Source: Ministeria vibrans ATCC 50519 (lineage: Eukaryota; Protista; Filasterea). From it: 64,000 nucleotides of DNA. The position numbers and the translations under genes are program-made. The notes beneath the pieces were generated by a model. It worked only from the letters and a program-made list of their open reading frames with translations, did no database searches and was not told the origin of the DNA. Each line of letters begins with the position of its first letter. Positions within the stretch are counted from its first letter, which is position 1. Where the stretch lies: the NCBI GenBank assembly GCA_943704425.1, contig CALSCP010000368.1, positions 3,069 to 67,068 of the forward strand, written 5' to 3'. Of the stretch, positions 12,185 through 23,500 are shown piece by piece.

Positions 12185-13045
12185 AGACTGCGCTCTTGTG
12201 CCCGATTGCGGCAAATCCTTTGCAGTAATGCATAACTGAAACTGCAATTTGACATGACAGAAGTCCGAAACTCGTGCTACGCATTCCCTTCGTTGCGAAG
12301 AAGCACCGTCCTTGAGGTAGCAGTGTGACGGGCCAGTACCGAGTGTGCTGCCGAGGTGGTGTTGGCATCGGCACGTCCATGCTATTTGCTAAGTGAACTA
12401 ACCCTAACCTCGTGCCCGTCGAGAGGGCGGGGGTGCGGTGGATGATTTTGAGCGGAAGAAATCTGTGAATCCGACTTGCACTTGAGTGATTAATGAGTGT
12501 CGTCTTTTCACTATTTACTATTACCCTTTTGGCTTTTAGTATTTTACATTTCTTGTCTATTTTCTTTCTGTGAAGTATGACGGATAGAGGCGAAGCCGCA
12601 ATTGATTCGTTGCAACGTGAAGTCGAAGAGGTGACGACTTTTGTGTTTTCTTTTGTGTGTCCCATCCGAGAACTGTGCGTCTTATGGCGCTCTCTTCTTC
12701 TATCCCCAACGACATGCGTGGTTCGACTTTCTTATCGTGTGCGGCGTTGCCACTTTTTGTGTCGATTGAGTCGTTGTGAAAACGATTTGTGTGTTGACAC
12801 TTTTGTGCTTCCGTTGATCACAGGCTGCAACGCACCTGTCGGAGATTTACGAGAGCGTGGCATCGCAAGCAGTTGTCATGGCAGCGTTGGTGGCTGAGGC
12901 GAACACACAGCTTGAGTTTCTGAGTGCCTGGCGTGAGTTTGTGCGTCCAGTGCCTCCAACGACGAGTGAGCGAGAGCAGTGATGCAATATTAATAGTGTG
13001 GTGTATCTGTACAGTAGTAAGACTCTTGAATAACACGACTCTTGG
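12185..13045 (+). ncRNA. Candidate telomerase RNA (structured long ncRNA), boundaries approximate
   Basis: CTAACCCTAACC at 12398-12409 in template sense, no credible ORF, and nested long-range helices, a helix 5' of the template and a possible pseudoknot 3' of it (see findings). Confidence 0.5.
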
Positions 13046-13177
13046 TGAGTGTCAGTGACTGAAAAGTATGCGACCGATGGATTATACGAAAAGATGGCTT
13101 GTTTTTATACGTTTGTTCTGGTCACCCTTCACCCGAGAACAATAATATCATTAACAGTAATATCATCCTTCGCATTT

Positions 13178-13996
13178 CTACTTCAGTTCAAAGTCACGCT
13201 TGAAGGAAAACACGAGCTGCACACACATACACACAGAGAGAGAGACACACAGACATGAGGAGAACAAAGGGATAAGAGAACGACGACACACAAACGTTAA
13301 TTTGGCTTACAGTGTGGTGCGCCTTAGCGGCAATTTCCTTGGACATGCTCTGGAACGCAAAGGGTGTGTCCATCTCAAAAACCTCGGTGACTCCCTCGCT
13401 CGTGACAGTGTACCTGTGAGAAGAAGGGCAAGGAGAAATGAACGAAATCGCAAAGGAGAGTCGTCACCGTTTCGTACGTTGAGATCGCGTCGTATGAGCC
13501 CCAAGGAACTTCAATTTCGCCATAGTACTTGACGATACATGTGCCATCGTTGCGAACAATGGGTTGGAGACGCTATGGTCGAAGCGGATGTCAATACAAT
13601 GCACAATGCAAATCAATCGGATTTTGTCTCCACTTTGCTTTACCTTGGCCTTCACGCTCAAGATGTGATCGTAGAAGCCAAGGATGTCAATCTTCTCATT
13701 GTGCACATAGGTGACAGTTCCGTCCGAATGGTTCTTGATGCTGTCCTGCGTGACGCCCAGCGGATGGCGTTGGAACACCTCCTTGACGTTGCTGACAGCC
13801 AAACAGACATCGCGAGTGATGCACTTGAACTTGGCTTCTGTCGTCACCTACACGAGCACGCCGTGCAGGTGTCAGGTGTCGCTGTACCGCTGCACGTCGG
13901 TGGATGGCAGAAAGGGTGTACCGACACTTGGACGGAGCGAAAAGCAAATCCGCACGCGATCATGAAAAGGAATCCAAGGATTGCTTTGGCAGCCAT
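13178..13996 (-). CDS. Hypothetical multi-exon protein with hydrophobic N-terminus (possibly START/SRPBCC-like fold)
   Basis: ATG 13996 MAAKAILGFLFMIACGFAF, clean acceptors before VTTEAKFKC and before the last exon LVFSFKRDFELK*. The fold guess is weak. Confidence 0.55.
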
Positions 13997-14168
13997 AGTG
14001 GTATGAAAGATAGAGAAGAGAGACAGAAAAAGGGGGACTAGTAGAGAAAGAGAGATTCGTCAAGCAAAGTAGTGAAAGTTTGAGAGTTGTCAGTTGTGAT
14101 TCTTGATTGAAAATTTGAAACTAAATCACATTTATTTTCATTTCTATTCTGACTTGCAGTCTTTCACA

Positions 14169-15752
14169 ATGCAAACAAACTCTCAACGCCAACAAGCACT
14201 TCTCCAGCGTCGCGCTCTACAGCGCCTTGCCGACATTCGTGGTGATGGTACTAGTCTCATTACCCTTCTTGTTCCTGGAAAGGAGCCTGTTCATCGTGTC
14301 GTCCAGGTAATTAAGACTTACGCTCAACCTCTCTTCAAAGTACTATCTCCCTGCCTACTGACCTTCGACCTCTCAAACATGTGACTGAGCTAAAAGAATT
14401 ACTCGTTCCATGTACTTATGTTGATCCTGTTACCCACTATCTTTCTTGCACAACTACAATCTATTCCATTTATTGCGCAACTTTTTCTTTTCAGCTTCTT
14501 CACGATGAAATGGCCATGTCGTCGCACATTAAGAGCCGCGTCAACCGCCAGTCGGTGCAAGAAGCCATTCAAGGATGTTTGTCAATTGTGCGTCAGTATG
14601 CGGTGCTCCCGCCTAATGGCTTGGCCATTTTCTCGTCGGGTCGAGCACTGAAAATCCGCGAAAGTCTGGAGCCTCTCGTGGCCATTCCGTCTCGCAAGTA
14701 CATCTGCGGCTCGACCTTTCACATCCCCGAGCGCATTCTCGAGGCCGCACACGGAGGCGACACGCGGGTGTTCGCCTTTGTCGTTGTGGACGGCCACGGG
14801 GCGCTCGTGGCGTCGCTGCAAGGACCGACTCGTCGCACGCTGGCACGCGTCACTTGCAACCTGCCTAAGAAGCAGAGCAACGGAGGCCAGTCCGCGCCTC
14901 GTTACGGCCGACAGCGTCTTTAACGCGCGCCACGAGTTTCTCGTGCGCGTCTCCGAGGTGATGTCGCTGCAGCTGCGCCCTTTACTCAGCACCGTCACGG
15001 CCGGCACGTCGACGGCGGGCGCGCCGCTGCACCTGGAGGGCATCATCATTGGGGGTCTCGCAGACCTCAAGAGCGAACTCCAAGAGGTCCTTGAACCGCG
15101 TCTGCGCCAGCGCGTTCTCATGCTCGTCGACGTGTCGCACAGCGGCGAGAATGGTCTGAGCGAGGCCATCTCACGCTCGGCGTCCCACCTCGAAGGCATC
15201 CGCTACCTCGCCGAACGCGATTCGATCCAACGCTTTTTCGACGTCATTGCCCGCGATCCCGACATGGCCGTCTACGGCCGTGCCGCCACACTGGCTGCAT
15301 TGCGCGCCGGAATGCTCACCCAATTGTTTCTCTGCGAAAAGAGCGTGAGTGTGAACACAACGCGTACGACGACTGCAACGACGACGACGACGACCACCAC
15401 CACCACCGCCGTGGTCGTGCCCAGCAGTAGTAGTAGTAGTACCACTTGTGAGGATCGTGATGGTATGCACATTTGTGGTCTTGTTGAAGACTTGCAAGCG
15501 ACAACCCTCGAGGGTGAGACGGGCGACGAAATGCTTGAGTCGCTGTTCCAACTGGCGCGAGAGACTAACGCGGACGTCAGTGTCGTCTCCATGGCAACGC
15601 CCGAGGCACAACAGCTGTACACAGGCTTTGATGGTTTTGGGGGTCTACTGCGCTTCCGGGGAGCAATGGATGCACTAGGTGGCACGGTCGAGAGCGACGA
15701 TGATGACAACGACGATTTGGACATGAGTGCGTACGAAGAGGAGTATTGCTAA
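14169..15752 (+). CDS. Divergent eukaryotic release factor 1 (eRF1) homolog requiring a +1 frameshift at 14918-14923
   Basis: Exon 1 14169-14306, intron 14307-14494. Motifs GDGTSLITL, SHIKSRVNR (NIKS), PPNGLAIF, YICGSTF, GGQS, DVSHSGENGLSEAI and GFDGFGGLLRF. The 0-frame ends at TAA 14921-14923 and the rest is in the +1 frame. Confidence 0.9.
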
Positions 15753-15821
15753 ACAATGAAACAAGAGTGTGTTTTGTGTCTATGTGTGTGTGTGTGTGTG
15801 TGTGTGAGTGTGAGTGAAGGT

Positions 15822-17799
15822 CTACAAGTCTTGGTGTGGCGTGACGTGCTGTGCCACCGCATAGACAGTGACGAGCAGCGCATCGATAATGTCGCGCTCT
15901 TCCAGTCGCACCCGGGTTGCCATTTGAACACGAACCTCGTTGATGTTACTACGACTGTCCATTGTGTGGATTGCGTCAATTGTGCTTGTGAGCTGCTCTT
16001 GAATGCGCTGGAGAAGTCCCATAATCAGCTCAATCGAGGCAATTTCGTGTGCTTTGTCCATCGATTGATTCTACATCGACCGTTGAATTCAGCTTGTCTG
16101 TGTTTTTTTTGTCATACCTGGGAGAGTGTTTGAAGGAGCGAGTCGTAGTCAGAGTCGCGCGAGTGCTCCGACAAAGTGAGAATGCGCGCATAGGCCAACA
16201 TGTGCAGTGGAATCATCTCTGTCTGCGTTCCACTCACTGCAATACGCTCACCACTAAGGGACAAAAATAAAGAGAAAAATTGACCCGGAGATAGAAAAAA
16301 AAAGTTGAGTACGAGGGAGAAAGAAACAAGAAATAATGAACAAATTGATAAGAGTTCAATTATTACTCGTCAGAAGCACAGTTCTTCCACACACACACAC
16401 ACACACAACCACCCCCCCTTTTTCACTTGTTTTCTCTCCTAATGTAGTACAACATACCTCTGCAGCTCCAGTGCCTTGAGCAGTCTGCGTGGGAGTGCAT
16501 CAACAGACTCGGACGGCGCAATGGGCGGCATGGGCACCCACACCGCCCCATTGGGATTGACCAGCGGCACAAACCCATAGTCGCACAGGAGCCGACTCGA
16601 CGGCGTCCGCGAGGCCGAGCTGTATGCCGCAAAATACTATTACGACAAAATACGCGCGTTATCATCACAATCATCATAAATTAATACGAATTGCGGTTCT
16701 GCTTACTTGACTGTTTCGAGAGACATTTCGAATGGAGTGGCATTCAAAGTGCGTCGAGCGCTCGTTTGTGTAGCAGTCCGTGTTGACTGTATCCTCACCA
16801 CGCACGTCCGTATTGAGCATGCCCGCCATAGGAACAAGACCTAAGCAGCGGACAGATCAACACTCGCACACGGCAGAAAGTCACATGCACAATCTCTTTA
16901 CAATTTGCACTCTGCCATTGGCCCGATCCGTCTTTGACGCGAATGCGAAAGTTGCGCGACCATACAATGCTGGCGGCCCAAGCAAACTGTTCATAGGTAA
17001 AGGCAGACTCGTCTGGGAACACAACGGAAAACAAACCGGGCACTTTCTCCACAAGGGTCTCTACAGGTCAACAGGAGCAAATGAGAATGATTTGGATCGC
17101 GCACTCCAATACGTAATAGCCCCGTACCATAAGCCTCTTTGAGATCACGCTCACGTTGAAGAGTCACCTCTTCCGCATTGGTGCCTTTCAGGTGCGCTCG
17201 TTCCGACACACTCCAAAAGAGCGGTGTGTTGATCGCCGTAGGCAGTGCATTCACATAGGGGTGCAATGGCGAGTCGCGCCCGCGCGCTCGCTCGTAGCAC
17301 AGATACAAGGCCATGCCATGCACGTCCTGCGGCAGCCAGTCTTCAATGATTCCGCCCACATCGCTCACAATGGCGTGCTCAATGCTCAGCACCAGTGACA
17401 GCGGTGTCCGCAGCACAATCGTCCCGTTCTACACGACGCACCGCACCCCATGCATCGTTCAAGGCCCACCCGCATCTCCAATTCCCACATTGTACCTTTA
17501 ATGATCGTGTCGCAACCAGACCGCGTCCGTATCCTTCAATCTCGGCAAGTTCAGCATTGCGAAGTTTCCCTTTACGAAAATCAAAAATACAAAAGAATAA
17601 AAAATCAAAAAATTAATAAAAATCGCAATCACACAATATATTCCCTCTTCTTCGCACCGCCCCCTTTGGTGAACCACTGGCGAAACTCTTTGACGGCGCT
17701 GTCAGCGGAAGAATCGCCAGCAACCTCCACCGCACATCCCACACAGACGAAAAGCAGCGCCAGGAGCCACGCGCGCCGCTCGCTTGCTCCTCCCATCAT
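15822..17799 (-). CDS. SET-domain protein, RuBisCO-LSMT/SETD3-like family, with N-terminal signal peptide and C-terminal HQDL
   Basis: LCYERARGRDSPLHPYVNALP..PLFWS, FAWAASIVWSRNF, LVPMAGMLN and DYGFV. LSMT substrate-binding-like C-terminus (MLAYARIL ... ATRVRLEERDII). Multi-exon. Confidence 0.8.
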
Positions 17800-17811
17800 C
17801 CAACACGTGCA

Positions 17812-20466
17812 ATGGAGGCGTCTCTCGAACAGGCAATGGTGGTAGGAATGTCCAACAAGTGTACAAAAGAATAGAAAAAAAAACAAAAATCTCAAAAAAG
17901 GTATCTTTTGTCGTTCATCAGGGCGTGCGCGAGGCACTCGTCGCAGCCGAAGAGTCTCAGCGTGATCTAGAAGAACGCATACTTGCGGCACGATCGGCCG
18001 CGAAGACTGCCGAAGCGGAAGCGACGGAGGCAAGACGACGCGCCGACCAAGTCCAACGACGACACGTCGACGTGGCCGCACGGCTCGCTAGCGGACTCGC
18101 CCAGGTTCCCAGTCCTCAAGTGGTCGATATTATGGATCTGCAAAGCCAGGCACGGTCGCTCGAGCGCTCGTTGCGCTACACAGCCGTTCTCCAATCCGTC
18201 CAAACCACCTCAACCACTGTCCAAGCGGCCCTCAATGCCATTGCCACTCTCGACGCAACGTTCACAAGTAGCCCCGCGGCGAAACAGCCACAACAACCAC
18301 CATTGGACGCCGCCGCCTTTGATGCTTTGGAGCAACTCTGGAACATCCACCGTGCGCTTGACCACTCGGCCTGCACGCACTTGCAAACAGTGACGGCCCA
18401 TCTCGCAACGTCGCTGGCCGCCTCGGTTCAGACACGACTTGAATCATCCATGCGTGTCACCCTTGCCTCCATGGGCTGGCCTCTTTGTCTCACCACCACC
18501 ACTACCACTACGGCGGTGTCCGCCATCTCCACAGTTCCCACCCTGTCCAAAAACGATCCCCCCTCCACCACCGCCACCACCACCACCACCACCACCACCA
18601 CGACTGCAGCTGATAAGCTTCGCGCCGACTTTCATCGCGACCTCAATTCTCTTCAGCGTCTCCAACGCCTCACACGCACACCAACACTTGCAGTCGTCCA
18701 ACTGCTACTCTCACCTGTGCGCAAACGTTTCAACTACCACTTTTCGGGCGATCGCAAGACGAACCGTGCAGACAAGCCCGAGTGGTTCTTCACGCACGCA
18801 CTCTCACTGATCCGTGACAGTCGTCGCTGGCTGCACGACAATGCCACAACGCTCATGTGCAGTGACGAAGAGCTTCACGACGCCCTCAGCGAGGGCATTG
18901 TCTCCCTAGTCAGCGCCAAGGTCAAGACGCTCGTGACGACGCCGACTTTTGTCAATGACCCCGTCCTCTTCTACCATCTTATGAGCGAGTGTCTTGCCTT
19001 TGAGCGCGAGCTGCGTGGACCCCAATATGCATTTCCGTCACTTCTTCCCGGTCCCATTAGCGCCGTTACATGCGACGCAGACGTCTTCTCGGCCTGGCTC
19101 GCCCTCGAGCGCCGACTCGCCTTTGCGCGTCTTGACCAGCTGCTTGCGGCGCCTCTTGCGTGGGAGCGCAAGTACGCAGGTGACGCAGACGCCTTTTTGG
19201 CCCCCTCCGTTGCCTATGCCGTCGTGACTCTGGTGCACAGCATTGCCGATCGGTGTGCGCCCATTGTTCGTCCCTCGACGCGTCTTGCCTTTCTCAACTC
19301 TATTCAAAAGGCACTCCTCAAGGCCTTCATCAACACAGTCTCGCTCAAGATGCGCGTCGAGTTCGCTCAAGTGCCCACTGTCGATGTGGCCGAGCGCTTC
19401 GCCACCGTCGCCAATGCCGTCCACTACGTCTCAACTGTGCTTACTGACATGGCTGACGAGCCCGAGTACCTTGCACTGCTGGCCAGTGACGCCCGTGAGA
19501 ACAGCGGTGGGCCTGGCGAGCAGCAGCCACAGTCTGGGACGAGTGGTGGCAGAGAAGACGATGACACCTTGGCGGGGGCTGCAGGGGAGACGGCTGCCAT
19601 TCTTGTTGAGGCTCTCGACGGCCTTCAAGACAAGCTTGTGTCGAGTGCCTTCTCGTGGATTGCCTCACAGCGACGACGCCCCACACGCGACGTACCCGCG
19701 AGCTCTCATAGTAGTGCATCGCACGGGATCGCTGCAGCCACTCCTCCATCTCCTGTGTCAGTCAATGTTTTTCAAGAGGAGCTGACGGATCTGGCTAAAA
19801 TGCAGCGGGACATGGTTGAAGCCATTGCAGTGGGCACAGTTGCAACGGTACGCACGGCCGCAAAGGAGTACCTACACAGTCGATTCATGCGCGATGGCAC
19901 AGCGAGTGCTGCCGCGCACAGTCTTGTCACGCCCGCACTCTGCGAGCCCTTAGCACTGCTCACCCACTGGCTTGCAACTGTCCGCGAGAGCATGGCCGCA
20001 CCTGTATATGCATCTGTATGGCGTCGTGTTGCGTCCCTTCTCGACGATTTCCTCTTTGCCGATCTCGCCACACAGTCGCGCTTTGACCGCACCGGCGCAC
20101 TCCAGTTCCGCACTGATCTTGCTGCTCTGCTGTTAGTCTTTTGCGACGAAACACGCAAGCCCGAAGCCTACATGCCAAAGTAACAGAAAGGAGAGAGAGA
20201 GGGGGGGGTGTTTGGTGGAGATAATTGTTTGTTGTTTTTTTTTCTTTTTTTTCGAATGTTTGTTTTGTAGGAGCGTTGAGGCGGGTTTGGTGCTAGCCAT
20301 GGCGCCCAATGAGGCCAGTCAGCTGTTGAAAGCCATTCAGTCCGATCGTGGTGGCGATGACGCACTTAATGATGTTGGTGTGTATACACTGAGAGCGTCG
20401 CAGGTCTTGGTCGTCATGAAGCGATGTACTCATTTTGAGTCGTTTGTGTACAGCGAGAAAAAATAA
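17812..20466 (+). CDS. RINT1: RINT1/Tip20 tethering-complex subunit
   Basis: Signature RFNYHFSGDRKTNRADKPEWFF and GALQFRTDL. Probable first exon 17812-17841, intron to 17921, last exon ends SEKK*. Confidence 0.88.
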
Positions 20467-20538
20467 AAATAAATAATAATAATAAATTATTATTATTAAT
20501 AATAATATAATTATAATTGATTGTATTTTTTTTTTGTC

Positions 20539-23500
20539 ATGATCGACTTGGATTTCTTTGAGAACTTTCCTTTGCTACCTGCCTCGGTTGCTGTGGTCGG
20601 CTCAAAACAGAGTGGCTGCAGCACGTTGGCAGCGCGTTTGGCAAAATCGCTAAATAGAGTGTATCTCAGTCGCGCGTCTGTCATTGTCGACGCACTCCGA
20701 CCGACAGTGTGTGGCAATCAGAGTGTATTCTCGACGCTGTCTGTCGAGGTATGTCTCAGCCTTTTTCTATTGTCAACTTGGCAACGGTTGCTAAGGTGCT
20801 TTTTTCCCCCTCCTAGGCAAAATCACTCCTTTACAGTGGCCAGGCTCTGTCCCCTTTGTTTACACTTGAGCTAATCAAAGCACGCATGGATGAACCGGAT
20901 GTGGTCGATCGTGGTAATTTGTGATATTCAAACTTTTTTTTGTTGTCTTTCATGCTTTCATCTTCACAGGATATGTGCTGGCGGCCAGCGGCGACGATTT
21001 CACGCCAGACTGGCTTCGAACATGCCCCGGTTCTCTGGAATATCTGGTGCGTGTGGAGATTGCCGCCGAGGATCTGTATCGACGAGTGCACGGAGCGCGA
21101 ATTGATGCGAGCACGGGCCAGTTGATGTTGCCCCATCACTTTGATGGGAGGGCTCGCGTCGCGTGGCGAGCGCACCTACGACGCGACCATGACGCATGCG
21201 TTGTAGATACGTGTATGGGGGAGATTCTGAAAGAAAGAACGGTTGACAGCGGCAAGGAGGAGGAGGAGGAGGAGGCGCAAGCTCTCGACGACGATTTGTC
21301 TGGTGCGCCGAGTGCTCACAGCTGGGACTCTGTTGAAGACGGCGACGACGATGACGACGACGAAGAAGAAGAAGAAGAAGAAGAAGAAGAAGAAGAAGGN
21401 NNNNNNCGGAGAAACGCTACGAGGCAAGCGCGACCGCGAGGCAACCGTACGGAAAATACGGCGCATCCGTGATCGAGCACTGCGCCGACTGGCACAACAT
21501 CCACCTCCTATCTATGTGGCTGCGCCCCCCCCGGATGCAATCGTGCGTGGCCACCATGCACGCGAGCGTCTCCTGACAAGCAAAGCCATTTCTGTACACG
21601 ATGCGTATGAGCTCAATGCCTATGTCGCTGCTGGCTTCCTTGCTCATCGTATTGTCACTGTCGATGGCACTGCCGCCTGTCAAGCATCATTTCTCACTGC
21701 AATCACCATTCTTGAACAGCAGCACAGCGTGCGCCCCTCTCTTGCGGCCGAGCCACTTTCCTCCACCACCGACGACGATCAACTCGCTAGTGTGTTTGAG
21801 ACGCTTGATTTTCTTGTGCACGAGCCGAGTCGCTTTTCGCAACACGACTTGGTATTTGAAGAGCACTTGCGTCGCGCGCATGGTCCTCCATCGCGTGCCA
21901 CTGACGACGAGCGGCGCGTTGTAAGCCAGCTGCGACAGAGTCGCGTCACAGAGTCTGATGGGGAGAGCACCGACGACGACGACGACGGCGACGACGACAG
22001 CGAATTCATCGACGATGCACAACTCGGCGAAAGTACGTCTGACCGTGCAGCGCGACTAGAGCTGTCGCCAGACGAATTATGGCCCGTGTCGCCACTCAAA
22101 CGGTCACCTTGGTCCGTCTACTGTCCCGTAACGCTAGCTCGCGATCACCGCCTTGTTCCTGGTCATGCCGCGTTGGCGGTCGTCTACCGTGGTTACGTCT
22201 TCTTTACGAGTGGTCCCGACGAGCAACGTATTTTGCTTGTCGCACCTCGATTGTACCTCTCGAAGATGCCTGTTGTTTATCGTCGAGTGTGCTGCATTGC
22301 CACGTCGGATGCGTTCATGGTGGCGACCACGCGTGCAGCCGAGCGACTGGCACAAGTACACAATGCACCGCTGGTGCACATGTCCGAATGGTCACCAAGC
22401 GCAGTGCAACAGAAGCTTGTCTCGGTTGTCGTTGACGAGAGGCGCAGTTGGGTTGTGATGGGAGTGGGTATTGAAGCGGCTCTTGACGCTCTTCTCTCGC
22501 AACAAGAAGACTCTCGCGTACGGCCTGACACGATTGTGTTTGTGGCTGACACACCTCCAGACGCGTCGACTATGCAGCGTCTTGAAGATCCGTCACTCTT
22601 CACGCACTGGTGCCATGTGTCGAGTGAGCAACTTTATGGTGACGATGGTGCGCGGTTGCTTCGCGAGAGAGACCCGTTGCGCGCGGAAGCGGTTGTCGAC
22701 GACAATCTTGACGCACCCCCGCCGCATGTATCGCCTGACTTGCAACGGTCTCTGTTGCGTTTTTGTCCGGTAGAACTTACTCAACGCAATTGTTTTGTAC
22801 CAGGTACCTTTGGGGTACGCTATCTTGGCCAAGCGTACCTGTGCTCCTCCGAAGAAACGCGCGACACGTTTCTTGGCGACCCGGCGCGCTTCACGCAAAG
22901 CAAACCAATACCGCCTCTGCGCATCTTTGTTGCTGGATCAGAGGGCAGCAGCCATGCATCGGTGGTGGCAAATCAGCTTGCTGATCAATGGAATCTTGCC
23001 GTTGTCGACGTAGACCAGGCAGTGCGCGATGAAGAGGCTCGCCAGCGAGCCTTGCTCACGACCGCACGGCTTCTCTTTCTGCAACAACAACAACAACAAC
23101 AACAACAACATACAACAGCAGGCGGTGCAGAGACTGTTGCCGAGCCCAATCCTGACGATTACCTTGCTCAAGTGGACATTACCGCGCTTCTGACACCGTT
23201 CTGGACGCCACCAGCGTCGTCACAGGAACGCGGTGTCGTGGTCGTAGGCTTTCCTCGGCACGCCGAGGATGTCGAGGTGGTGCGTGCTGCCCACCTGTGG
23301 CCCGACGTGTGCGTGCGTGTGAGTGTCGAGTGCGACACGCTTGTACGTCGTCGTATTGCTCAAGATTCTACGCGCGCGTTAGAGGAGCGACGACGGGTGT
23401 GTGTGACACGCGCAGAGCGGCGTGCGCAGACGCACCTCCGACGACGTGCGCTCAAGTGTTGTGGGAAGGCACTCTTTGACGCGGTCTACGAAATGCTGGA

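Noticed and set aside
12183-13036. Protein-coding ORFs 12183..12665(-), 12577..12897(+) and 12818..13036(-)
   Set aside because: No recognisable motifs, atypical composition and no consistent exon chain.
14921-14923. TAA reassignment or readthrough (ciliate-type code)
   Set aside because: Homology continues in the +1 frame, not the same frame, and many genes here terminate at TAA.
14916-14936. Micro-intron removing the eRF1 internal stop
   Set aside because: The GT..AG is 21 nt, so it keeps the non-homologous frame and would delete conserved residues.
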